NCBI RefSeq assembly: GCF_032444005.1
Contig: NC_091283.1
Location: 498,852,001-498,916,000 of the forward strand
Direction of reading: 5' to 3'
Length of the DNA stretch: 64,000 nt
Origin: Ranitomeya imitator
Lineage: Eukaryota
Shown: positions 37,020 through 49,268 of the stretch, in pieces
How the letters are laid out: each line of letters begins with the position of its first letter
Position numbering within the stretch: the stretch's first letter is position 1
Translations under genes and position numbers: made by a program
The notes under the pieces: model-generated
The model's database searches: none
The model's input: only the letters and a program-made list of their open reading frames with translations
What the model was told of the DNA's origin: nothing

Positions 37020-37675
37020 TGTTAAGGGAGACAGGGCCGTAGTCGTGGTTGAGAATATCTGTTTACGTGCGCCCTGGTCTCCCGTCACATGGGTCCCATC
37101 GGGGCTGCTGAAATTCTGCTGCTGGCGTTGTTACGCATAAAGAGACAGAGTCCAAGTTCAACTTAAAATAGACAACTTTACTTGATTCCATATGCAGCAC
37201 GTCCAAATCCATTACAGCATCGACATATCGACACAGCTGATATTCTTCTCTTTCCCTGTGCTCTCCCTCATGTCCTTCAATGTGTACCCTTGTCGTGTCT
37301 TGTCCAGGACCGCAGCATACTCCCTGTCCAGCTTCACTACTTTTAGGAGTTCCCTTGTCCGTTTTGCCCAGACATAAGGGCTTCTGCCCACGCAGTAAGC
37401 GGCCACATAATGGAGCCACCTGCATTCTTAGGCTGCTGCAATCTCTGGCCTGCTGACTTTGGACGGCCGGGCTTTCATCTTGTGAATGTTGCGGGGTCAC
37501 TGTGCTGTCACGGGCTATCTGGGCTCCCTGGCCCTACTAACTATAATCAGGAAATACTCCTGGCTTACCCACAGTATACTCCTCCTATGCAAACTATGTC
37601 ACTAGTGTACCCGAATCTAGTGTCCACCTTGAGGTATTGCACTTACCCTAAACTACAGCATAATATTGTACAACA
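37020..37675 (-). mobile_element. Possible solo LTR
   Basis: TGTT...AACA ends and a minus-strand AGTAAA followed by a U5-like tract. No TSD found. Confidence 0.3.
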
Positions 37676-37774
37676 CTTTATATACAGTTATGTCCATTAC
37701 AGATCATTACAGAGGGGTGGGGTACACGTCAGTCCTGGTACACTCCTTACAACTGTATGGCAAAACCAATGGGT

Positions 37775-37918
37775 TCGTTCAAAAATAGAGCTCATCCCGC
37801 AAAAAACAAGCCCTCACATGGCCATATTGATGGAAAAATAAAAAAGTTATGGGTCTGGGAAGAAGGGGAGTGAAAAACAGAGATGCAAAAAGGTAAAATG
37901 GCCCTGGTCCTTAAGGGG
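37775..37918 (-). mobile_element. Terminal fragment of the piggyBac-like family at 23045
   Basis: Reverse complement matches 23045-23180 and ends AAGGGG-TTAA. Confidence 0.65.
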
Positions 37919-38911
37919 TTAATATATAGAAGCAGAGGCAAGCCTGTGCATGAGGATAATGTAATAACTGCATATAGTAGAACAGTGGGCCCCCAGAGTC
38001 AATGTTACTGGTGGGCCCTTGGCTCGCCAGTCCAACACTTCTCACAGGTGCCCATAAACCAAAAGATAAACTTATTTACTCCTTTCTGCTCCAGGAAAAT
38101 TGCACCAAATATGCTGTATTGCACAGAAAGAAAGGTGTGGAACATAATAAAACCTGACAGAGGCAGAATGGACAACCTTTCACCTCTCGCTAGTCAACGA
38201 GGACCATTGGAGAAGGCTGACGTGCACACAGACTTCCCCTGTGCATACTATAAAGATGTACTGAGCATGCTGTGTGAACAGAGCCTAATACTACCTGTCT
38301 GTTTTTGGCTGAGGTTTTTTTGTACTCCCCCAGGCACCAGGACTTCAGTGATACTCTTACCTCTGTATTCCCACTAGTCACACTCCTCAGTGATGTGGAC
38401 CTATGCCATGTTTTGGGAAGTCCACAGTCAATGCTCGAGTTCCATTACACGGACCTATAGCTCATGAAAGGGAGAAATTTTACTGAAAACATATCAAGCA
38501 CATAATACCATAAAGTGACTTTGTTCTACAAATGCAGGATCTTCATGGTGTGATATTCGTTCGTGCACTAGGTGGCAGTGTTGTATTACAATTACGTGTG
38601 CTATATCCAGGCGTAGCTGTCTGCCTGAATTTCAGTCACAGTGAGATATGTGTCACACCAGTGTGAATGTGGTACCTACTGGTGAAACGTATTGAATTAA
38701 TATATACGGTTCATATATGAAGTGCGACAGATATAACTGGTAAACTGTGGGAACTGAAACAAAACTTTAAACGAACCACGCAACATTCCCACTGAAATTG
38801 AGAGTCATCAGGTCACTTGAGGCTCAGTCGATGGTCACTGGTGAAGGTTGGCCATTATTTGGAGTAGTGACCCTAAAAGAAATAAGACAGAAGAAGAATC
38901 AACACCTTTAA

Positions 38912-41900
38912 CCCTTCACAACATGCGCCGTACTAGTACAGCACTTGTCGTGTCTCTCCCTTTGATATGGGCTCCGGTGGTGAGCCCATATCTTTCCTGG
39001 CACATGTCAGCTGTTTTGAACAGCTGACATGTGCCCCTAACAGCTGCGAGTGGAATCGCCATCCACATCTAGCGTCCATATGTTTTGGCATTTCTGAAGC
39101 GATGAGAGCCAGCCTAACTTACGGGTGCATGCCTCCAGGCCTCCAGATGTACGGGCTGGTCATAACGTACTGGTGCCTGCAATGTACTGGTCACTACAAC
39201 GGCAGTTTGCAATTTTCACTCAGCAACATTTATTGCTGCTTGTTTCTGGAAAATACCCATGGAGTCAAAATAATCACTACACCTGTAGATATATTCCCCA
39301 TGTGGTATAGTTTCCAAAATGGGGTCACTTGAGGGGGGATTCTGCTCTTCTAGCAATTAGCAGCTCTGCATATGGAGTCTGCAAACTGTTGTAGGAAAAT
39401 CTGCGCTCCAGGAGGCAAATAGCGCTCCATTCCTTAAGAGTCTCTCCGTATGGCTAAGCAGTACTGTACAGCCACACATGGGGTATTGCCACGTTCTGTA
39501 CAAATTGTGGCTATAAAAGGTTTGCATGGCCGCACGGCCATGCGCTAGTATCAACCTATGTCATGAGCTTTGCTACTTTGTGGTCATGTTTGCATGTAGT
39601 CAGGGTTGGCTGAAATAAGCCCCTAGAATACCGGCACTTCCGGTGAGGAGTTTTGTGTCTACGAATTCAGGGCTGGCTTTTAGCCACTAGAATTCTGGCT
39701 CCTCCGGAGAGGAGTTGTTCGTGTGCTATGCTGACTGCATGACCACTATTTGCTCTCTGCTCTGTTAGGTAGCTATGATCCTCTGTGTTTTCCTATCTTA
39801 GTGATACTGTGAAATAACAGAGTTTGCTTTTACCGCCATATAGTGCCGACAATTGCTAGCAGCAGGTTTCTCTTCTCACGGTGGACTCCGGGTTGCGAAC
39901 GCACCCATTATAACACATATATATACTCGGTGCGTTCCCCCAACCCTAACAGGGTATAATTTCCAAAATGGGGGCACTTGAGAGAGGGATTCTGCACTTC
40001 TAGCACTTATGAGCTATGTATATGGAGTCCGCAAACTACCGTATTCTACGAAAATCTGCAAATAGCGCTCTGTCCCTCCTGAGTCTCGCCGTGTGGCTAA
40101 ATAGTACTGTAGGCCACATATGGGGTATTGCCATGGTCAGTAAACATTGTGGGACAAGTTTTGGTGCCATTTTTACCCAGTTCTTGTGTGAAAATGTAAA
40201 ATCTGGAGCTAAAACAAAATATTGGGGGTAAAAATGTAGTTATTTTTTTCTTCACTGCCCAATGGTATAAAATTCAGTGACACACCCGTGGTGTCAATAT
40301 GATCACTGCACCCCTAGCTGAATTCATTGAGAGGTGTAGTTCGTAAAATGGGTCACTTATGGGGGCTCTGCTGCCCTGGCACCTCATGGGCTCTCCCAGT
40401 GGGTCATGGCACCTGCAAACAATAACAGTAACATCTGGCGCTCCTTGCCTTCTGGCCTTCTGAGCTTTGTACTGTGGCTGAAAAATATTTCCCAATTACA
40501 TGTAGGGTATTGGCGCACTCAGGAAAAATGAGTTCACATATGGGGGTTTCTGTTGTTCCGGCACCTCAGGGACTCTGCAAATGTGACATAGCACCCTCAA
40601 ACCATTCCAGCAAAATGTGAACTCCAGTATTGCGCCTCATTCCTTCTGAGCTTTGTACTGTGCCTCAAAAGAAGTATTTCCCTAAATATGAGGTATCGGC
40701 GTACTCAGGAGAAATTGCACAACAAGCTGTATGATGCAATTTCTCCTGTTACCCTTATGAAAATGCAAAAATTGGGGCCAAAATAACATTTTTGTGGGGA
40801 AAATGTGTAATTTTTGCGGCTCATCTGGGGGTTCAAAGTGCTCACTACGCATCTAAGTACATTCCTTGCGGTTTCTAGTTTCCAAAATGGGGTCACTTAT
40901 GGGGGTTTCTGCTGTTTAGGCAGTTCAGGGGCTCTCCAAATGGTACATGACATCCGCTAATGATTCCAGGAAATTTTACATTCAGAAAGTCAAATGGTGC
41001 TCCTTCCCTTCTGAGCCCTGTCATGCACCCAAACAGTAGTTTTCTCCCTCATATGGGGTATCGGCATATTCAGGAGAAATTGTACTGCAAACTGCATGGT
41101 GCAATTTCTCTTGTTATCCTTATAAAAATGCAATGTTTTGTGCTAAATACATATTTGTGGGAAAAATTTGATTTTTTTTATGGCTCAACGTTATAAACTT
41201 CTGTGAAGCACCTAAGGGTTCAATGTGCTCACCACACATCTAGATCAGTTCTAGTTTCCAAAATGGTGTCACTTGTGGGGGATTTTCGCTGTTTAGGCAC
41301 ATCAGAGGCTCTCCAAACTCGACATGACATCTGCCAATTGCTCCAGAAAATTTTGCATTCAAAAATTCAAATAGAGCTCCTTCCCTTCCGAGCTCTGCCC
41401 TGCGCCAAAACAGTGGTTTTCTCCCTCATATGGGGTATCGGCATGCTCTGGAGAAATTACACAACAAATGTTGGTGTCCACTTTTTCCTGTTACCCTTGT
41501 CAAAATAAAAAAAATTTGGATCTGAAGTACATTTTTTGTGAAGAAAAAGTTAACTGTTATTTTTTTTTCAAAAAATTCCTGTGAATCACTTAAAGGGTTA
41601 ATAAACTTTTTGAATGTGGTTTTCAGCACTTTGAGGGGTGTAGTTTTTAGAATGGTGTCACTTTTGAGTATCTTCTATCATATAGACCCCTCAAAGTGAC
41701 TTCAAATGTGGTGTGGTCCCTAAAAATATGGTTTTGTAAATTTTGCTGGAAAAATGAAAAATCGCTGCTCAACTTTTAACCCTTATAACTTCCTAACCAA
41801 AAAAAAGTTGGTTCCAAATTTGTGCTGATGTAAAGTAGACATGTGGGAAATGTTACTTTCTTAAGTAATTTGTGTGACATATTTCTGTGATTTAAGGGCA

Positions 41901-41935
41901 TGAAAAGTCAAAGTTGGAAAACAGCAACATTTTCA
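38912..41935 (+). mobile_element. Large degenerate piggyBac-like non-autonomous element with ~380-540 bp internal tandem subrepeats
   Basis: TTAA-CCCTT left end. The motif TAGTTTCCAAAATGGGGTCACTT recurs near 39310, 39960, 40340, 40880, 41255 and 41640. The right end is not defined. Confidence 0.55.
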
Positions 41936-42589
41936 GACATTTTTTTTTTTTTTTTTTACAACAAATAAGACTTGACTTGGGGGGCCATACATAATATTTT
42001 GTCTATGGCTGAGTCATACTTTTCAGCTGTATTTACTAATAGGAGTTTATGGTGCACAATGTGTCAGCAAACTAGATGCCCAACTTAAATCTCCTGATCC
42101 CCAATGCAAAATTTCTTCACATCATTTATCAATTTCGATAATGCCAATCTATATTTTACCCCACAAGTGGCCTTTAGATGGCAGCAAAAGTACAAAAATT
42201 CATCTAATAGTCAGTTTTTTTTGTAGAACATATTTTTCACCAGTAGGTGACGCCATAAGACTGATAGAAGTTCCTGTTGCCACACCTGTCTCACAAATTC
42301 TACATTTGCTAAAGCATAATATCCTGTGTATCCTGTGTTTCAGCCAGACAATATTAGGCAGCTTACTCTGCAATTGGGGGACTGGAATAAAGCATGACCG
42401 GCTCACGGCTTTCATGGGCCTCGGGCAAAAGAGTCTCAGTGGGCTCCTTTAACACATACCACAATTCATGATGCACAGATACGGCAGAGAAATAAAGGTA
42501 GAGTACAATGCCAAAGATTTCACTTACTTCTTACATTACATGAGCGATATCTATTGTACATTCTACATTAGCTCAGAAACCGGACAGTA

Positions 42590-43669
42590 TAGTCCTCTAT
42601 ACAGTATAATGGGCACCACATAGTGCTCCATACAGTATAATAGGCACCACATAGTGCTCCATACAGAATAATGAGCCCCATATATTGCTCCATATAGTAT
42701 TAAGGGCACCACATTTTGCTCCATACAGTATTATAGGCACCGCATAGTGCTCCATACAGAATAATGAGCCCCATATATTGCCCCATACAGAATAATAGAC
42801 CCCATATAATGCTCCATACAGTATAATGAGCCACATATATTGTTCAATACAGTATTATGGGCACCATACATTGCTCCATACAGAATAATGAGCCCCATAT
42901 ATTGCTCCATACTGAATAATGGAGTCCAGAAATGCTTGATACAATGAGCCCGATATATTGCTCCATACAGAATAATGAGCCCTATATATTGCTCCATAAA
43001 GTGTATACTAGGCCACATATATTGCTCCATACAGTATAATGAGCCCCATATATTGTTCCATACTGTATAATGGGCCCCACATAATGCTCCATAAAGAATA
43101 ATGAAGCCCATATGTTGCTCCATATATAATGGCTTCCATATAATATTCCATACAGTATATGATGGGCTCCATATAATGCTCCAATATATGATGGACCCCA
43201 TATAATGCTCTATACAGTATAATGAGCCACATATAATGCTCCATACAGTATAATGGGCCCATGTAATGCTCCATACAGTATAATGAGCCACATATATTGT
43301 TCCATACAGTATTATGGGCCCCATATAATGCTCCATACAGTATATGATGGGCCCCATAGAGTATAATGAGCCCCATATATTGTTCCATACAGTATACGTT
43401 GGGCCTCATATATTGCTCCTTACAGAATGGGCCCCATATAATGCTCCATACAGAATAGTCCCCATATAATGCTCCATATATAATGGAAACCATATGATGC
43501 TCCATATATAATCGGCCCCATATGATGCTCCATATATAATGGGCCCCATATACTGTATGATGCTCCAGTGTATGATGGGCCCATATAATGCTCAATATAT
43601 AATGAGCCCCATATATGATGCTCCAGTGTATGATGGCCCCATATATGATGATCCAGTGTATATGGGCCC
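42590..43669. repeat. ~31-bp minisatellite (GCCCCATATATTGCTCCATACAGTATAATGA)n
   Basis: More than 30 degenerate copies. It is the reverse-complement relative of the 15170-15545 array. Confidence 0.9.
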
Positions 43670-44099
43670 CAGAGGCATAGCTAGGGTTTTGGCTCAGGGG
43701 TGCGAAGCTTCTGAGTGGGTCCCTAACCAGGTAATCTTGATTACAACTCGGTGACGCACCTTAATACTGGAGGAGAACCTCAGCAGATGACCGCGCTTGA
43801 AGATAATCTCTATATAACGACCAACATGGATATTACCGCCATATGGTCAGTGGTAGATACCAGTCCTACAGAACATATAAGAGATCACAGCACAGTTACA
43901 GATAATGTCTTACCGCTGACGTTCTTTATGATGGAGTCGTCACTTTTCCCGTCTTTTCCATCTGGCCCAGACCGACATGACAACTTCTTCCAGCCAGGAC
44001 TCGGCTGTGAAGATTACTACAAAGACACGTTTCTCTTCGTACATTCCAGTTCCATCACCATCTATTCCCAACCTACACAAGCTCCTCATCCTTCTGGTA

Positions 44100-45500
44100 C
44101 CCCAGTACTGAGCCGCTTGGGCCGTATGTGCCTCTATTACTGCCCCTGATACCCCAATACTGAGCCTCTGCTGCCGTATGTGACCCTATTACTGCCCCTG
44201 ATACCCCAATACTGAGCCTCTGCTGCCGTATGTGACCCTATTACTGCCCCTGATACCCCAATACTGAGCCGCTGCTGCTGTATGTGTCCCTATTACTGCA
44301 CCTGATACCCCAATACTGACCCGCTGCTGCTGTATGTGTCCCTATTACTGCACCTGATACCCCAATACTGAGCCGCTGCTGCCGTATGTGTCCCTATTAC
44401 TGCACCTGATACCCCAATACTGAGCCGCTGCTGCCGTATGTGTCCCTATTACTACACCTGATACCCCAATACTGAGCCGCTGCTGCCGTATGTGTCCCTA
44501 TTGCTGCACCTGATACCCCAATACTGACCCGCTGCTGCTGTATGTGTTCCTATTACTACACCTGATACCCCAATACTGAGCCGCTGCTGCCGTATGTGTC
44601 CCTATTGCTGCACCTGATACCCCAATACTGAGCCACTGCTGCCGTATGTGTCCCTATTACTACACCTGATACCCCAATACTGAGCCTCTGCTGCCGTATG
44701 TGTCCCTATTACTGAACCTGATACCCCAATACTGAGCCGCTGCTGCCGTATGTGTCCCTATTACTGCACCTGATACCCCAATACTGAGCCGCTGCTGCCG
44801 TATGTGACCCTATTACTGCACCTGATACCCCAATACTGAGCCACTGCTGCTGTATGTGTCCCTATTACTGCACCTGATACCCCAATACTGAGCCACTGCT
44901 GCCGTATGTGACCCTATTACTGCACCTGATACCCCAATACTGAGCCGCTGCTGCCATATGTGTCCCTATTACTGCTCCTGATACCCCAATACTGAGCCGC
45001 TGCTGCCGTACGTGTCCCTATTACTGCCTCTGATACCCCAATACTGAGCCGCTGCTGCCGTATGTGACCCTATTTCTGCTCCTGATACCCCAATACTGAG
45101 CTGCTGCTGCTGTATGTGTCCCTATTACTGCACCTGATACCCCAATACTGAGCCGCTGCTGCCGTATGTGACCCTATTACTGCACCTCATACCCCAATAC
45201 TGAGCCGCTGCTGCCATATGTGTCCCTATTACTGCTCCTGATACCCCAATACTGAGCCGCTGCTGCCGTATGTGACCCTATTACTGCCTCTGATACCCCA
45301 ATACTGAGCCGCTGCTGCTGTATGTGACCCTATTTCTGCTCCTGATACCCCAATACTGAGCTGCTGCTGCTGTATGTGTCCCTATTACTGCACCTGAAAC
45401 CCCAATACTGAGCCGCTGCTGCCGTATGTGTCCCTATTACTGCCCCTGATACCCCAATACTGAGCCGCTGCTGCCCTATGTGTCCCTATTACTGCCCCTG
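44100..45500. repeat. 52-bp minisatellite (reverse orientation)
   Basis: About 27 copies of CCCCAATACTGAGCCGCTGCTGCCGTATGTGTCCCTATTACTGCACCTGATA. Confidence 0.95.
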
Positions 45501-45758
45501 CTGTGTGGTTCTGTGTGGCTTCTAAATTCTAAGGCACCCCTCTATATTATAGTTATGCCGGGTGCAAGTACCCTAGAAAACAGTGCCCATATTTTGCCCC
45601 CCAGAAAGTAATATTGCCCTCTGTGCCCCTTTGATAGTTACAGTAACCTGAGTTCTCCTATAACAATAAGTGCCCACTTTACATTTAATAATGTCCCGAG
45701 TCTGCCTCCTGTACAGCTCCCCTATAAACAGCATGATGCTCTCTTATACACAGTATAA

Positions 45759-46116
45759 GGCTGGGTTCCCATTGCGTTATGGGACCGCGTTAAACGGACA
45801 GCGTTGCACGGCGAAATTAACGCCGTGCAACGCGGCCGTTAACGCGCCCATTGAAGGCAATGGGAACGTGCTTCACTAGCGCGTGCCATGTTCGGCACGC
45901 GCTAGCGACGCGCCGGTGATTCCTGTCGCACCGCGGACGCTGCTTGCAGCGTCCGAGGCGCGCCCGCGGTCCGTTCCCCGCTCTCGCAGATCGGGGATCT
46001 GCGAGAGCGGGGACGTTACCGCGACCCCGACCGCAGCCCCATAAAAAACATTGCGTTAGCGCAATCCGCTAGCGCTAGCGCTAAACGGATTGCACTAACG
46101 CAATGTGACCCTAGCC
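45759..46116. mobile_element. Harbinger/Tourist-like MITE nested in copy B
   Basis: GGCTGGGTTCCCATTGCGTTA ... TAACGCAATGTGACCCTAGCC, TAA TSD. Absent at the homologous site of copy A. Confidence 0.85.
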
Positions 46117-46299
46117 TAATGCCCACTTAGTAGCCACCAAACTGTTTGATGGCTCCAACACTGTAATCACCACACTGTATGATGCCCCTCTAGATAGCCT
46201 CCATATAGTATAATGCACCAGATCGTCCTCAATATAGTATAATGCACCAGATAGTCCTCAATATAGTATAATGTACCAGATAGTCCTCAGTATAGTATA

Positions 46300-47450
46300 A
46301 TGCACTCCCCATAGGCCTACTCTATACTGTATAGTGCACCCCCCATAGGCAGACTCTATAGTACAAGGCAGCACCCATAGGCAGACTCTGTAGTATAAGG
46401 TAGCACCCCACATGCAGACCCTGTAGTACAAAGCAGCACCCCTACAGTCAGACCCTGTACTATAAGGCAGCACCCCTATAGGCAGACCCTGCAGTATAAG
46501 ACAGCACCCCTATAGGCAGACCCTGTACTATAAGGCAGCACCTCTATAGGCAGACCCTGTAGTATTAGGAAGCCCCTCCATAGGCAGACCCTGTAGTATA
46601 AGGCAGCACCCCCATAGGCAGACCCTGTACTATAAGGCAGCACCCCCATAGGCAGACCCTGTACTGTAAGGCAGCTCCCCTATAGGCAGACACTGTAGTG
46701 TAAGACAGTACCCTATAGGCAGATCCTGTAGAATAAGGCAGCACTCCCCCATAGGCAGACCCTGTAGTATAAGGCAGACCCCCCATAGGCAGACCCTGTA
46801 ATAATATGCAGACCCCCCAAAGGCAGACCCTGTAGTATAAGGCAGACCCCACATAGGCAGACCCTGTTGTATTAGGCAGACCCTGTAGCAATAGGCAGAC
46901 CCCCCATAAGCAGACCCTGTAGTATTAGGCAGACCCCCCATAGGCAGACCCTGTATTATTAAGCAGACCCCCCATAGGCAGACCCTGTAGTATTAGGCAG
47001 ACCCCTCCCATAGGCAGACCCTGTAGTATTAGGCAGTCCCCCCTATAGGCAGACCCTGTAGTATTAGGCAGACCCCCCATAGGCAGACCCTGCAGTATTA
47101 AGCAGACCCCCATAGGCAGACCCTGTAGTATTAGGCAGACCCCTCCCATAGGCAGACCCCGCAGTATTAGGCAGTCCCCCCTATAGGCAGACCCTGTAGT
47201 ATTAGGCAGACCCCCCATAGGCAGACCCTGTAGTATTAAGCAGACCCCCATAGGCAGACCCTGTAGTATTAGGCAGTCCCCCCTATTGGCAGACCCTGTA
47301 GTATTAGGCAGACCCCCCATAGGCAGACCCTGTAGTATTAAGCAGACCCCCCATAGGCAGGCCCCCCATAGGCAGACCCCCCATAGACAGACCCTGTAGT
47401 ATTAGGCAGACCCCCCACCCCATAGGCAGATTCTGTAGTATAAGACAGCC
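46300..47450. repeat. ~33-bp minisatellite (CCCCCATAGGCAGACCCTGTAGTATTAGGCAGA)n
   Basis: About 35 copies. Reverse-complement relative of 26660-27200. Confidence 0.9.
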
Positions 47451-47763
47451 CCCCTTGAAAAAATAAATAAATACTCACCTCTTCTTCCTGGTTCCTGCGC
47501 TGTTCTGAGCTCCCGCTTGTCTCCTGACAGCGGGTGCCGGGCAGTGACTCATCGCGCCCTCTGTCAGCGTCAGCGGCGTCAGACGCTGACAGTGGGATGA
47601 TGGGGGAAGGAGCGCAGCGCTTCTTCCCTCATCATTGCGGTCAGCTGTATCAGCTAAATGGCGGTACAGCTGACCCTGCGATAACAGGCAGGGGGCCCAC
47701 TGCTGGCTGATGTTACAAATGCATTGTATATGGTTTGCATACACATGTCGTAATAATGTCATA

Positions 47764-47962
47764 GGGCAGAGACAGACTGCCGTATAACTCGTGTGAGAAT
47801 CGCATCGGCACTGCACGCACTGGCCGGCACCTCTCCTGACCTGAGCCAGACAGCGTGATGGATTACTATGCAGCTGTCAAGCTCAGGTCAGGAGGGCCGA
47901 CAGCCAGTACGAGGTTTACAATGCGATTCTCACAGGAGAAATACGGCGGTCTGTCTCTGCCC
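47764..47962. mobile_element. Short Harbinger-like MITE
   Basis: GGGCAGAGACAGACTGCCGTA ... TACGGCGGTCTGTCTCTGCCC, with ATA/TTA flanks. Confidence 0.65.
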
Positions 47963-48634
47963 TTACGGACAAAAGCACACACTCGCACAACATACGGATG
48001 CTAGGTGAGAAGAAAAACGCATAACACTCTCCAACTCTTCCGGCTGAGAATCTCAGCGAGTTTCTGTACGCAGATGTGAGCGAATCGTTCTACACTTTAT
48101 TCCACCAAGGACTGTAGACTGCACTCGAGAGCGCCTTCTTGTGGGTATTCTGTGTACAGTCTGAACTAGCATGCTGGAACAATGCAGTGGATATAAGGCA
48201 TCACATGTGTGGTGCTGAATCTACATAGTTAACAGAGCGACACTTTTCTAATTCTTCTATTCTCAATACAGATATGGACATAGGACTCGGAACATACAAC
48301 CTTTTACTTCAGCAACATGCCCAGATCTGTCTTTCTCAGGCAGGTACGCTCTGTACACCCTCTGAAAAAAATCTTAATAAACATTAAAAACGTTGAACAA
48401 ATGCACAGCAATGTAAAAATGACCCGCTGTGTCTATGTTCAGTCTTTGGAACTTCTTTTAACCATTTGAGGTGTGCAAAGATGCAAAGTGGATATCAGAA
48501 GTGAGTGGAGCATTCTTCAGGAGCCTTCCTTTTGGAAACTGCTAAATATTCTGTAGAAATAAGTAAAAAAAAATGGCAACGTCAAAAAGAGGAATCAAAG
48601 TCAGCAAAAAGACGCTTCAGGAAAAGCACTGTTA

Positions 48635-48973
48635 GGGTATGTGTCCATGTTCAGGATTGCTTCAGGATTTGGTCAGGATTTTGTCAGGATTTTATGCAGG
48701 TAAAATCCTGACCAAATCTGCATCTGAGGTCACTGGCAGGTCACCTGCGCTGTCCTTGCGTTTTTCTGCAATGTAAGGACATGCTGCGTTCTTAAAAGAT
48801 GCGCCGCATGTGCGTTTTCGCGGGTATGCCGCATGCGTCTTTTAATGCATAGTGGAGACGGGATTTTATTACATCCCCTCCACTATGCTGTAACATCTGA
48901 ACGCTGCGTTTTTGACGCTGCGGCTCAATGCAGCGTCAAAAACGCAGCGTTTCCTGAACGTGGAAGCATACCC
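48635..48973. mobile_element. Harbinger-like MITE followed directly by a second truncated copy starting at 48977
   Basis: TTA-GGGTATGTGTCCATGTTCAGGA ... TCCTGAACGTGGAAGCATACCC-TAA-GGGTATGTGCCCACG. Confidence 0.75.
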
Positions 48974-49225
48974 TAAGGGTATGTGCCCACGATCTGCAAA
49001 AGCAGCGTTTTGGACGCAGCTGACCTGTGCTGCGTCCAAAACAATGCGTTCTAGATTGGCACAGTGGATGGAATTCATAGAAATCCCGTGCCCACTGTGC
49101 TTCTATTTACCGCTGCGCAAGCTCACATGCGGTGCGGGTTTACCAGCCATAGGATGTCAATTTCCACAATAGAATATATTGGATATGGTAAACCCGCAAT
49201 GTTCAGTGAACACATGTATGTGGTC

Positions 49226-49268
49226 CATCCTGAGGAAGAAGTAATTTTGTACTGCGAAACGCGTCGAA
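49226..49268 (+). ncRNA. Minimal type I hammerhead ribozyme motif (Penelope-like/retrozyme fragment)
   Basis: TC-CTGAGGA-A-GAAGTA-attttg-TACTGC-GAAA-CGCG-TC|GA. The core CUGANGA / GAAA / GUC is intact, stem II has one mismatch, stem I is only 2 bp. AATAAA follows immediately. Confidence 0.6.

Larger units (their letters stand above)
43670..47710 (-). mobile_element. Composite minisatellite-carrying element (copy B), inverted relative to copy A
   Basis: Starts CAGAGGCATAGCTAGG, the reverse complement of the copy A terminus. Same order of unique blocks and arrays on the opposite strand. Confidence 0.8.

Noticed and set aside
37212-37406. Protein-like short ORF (YVWAKRTRELLKVVKLDREY...)
   Set aside because: It is 64 aa, sits inside a probable LTR, and has no recognisable domain or splice signals.
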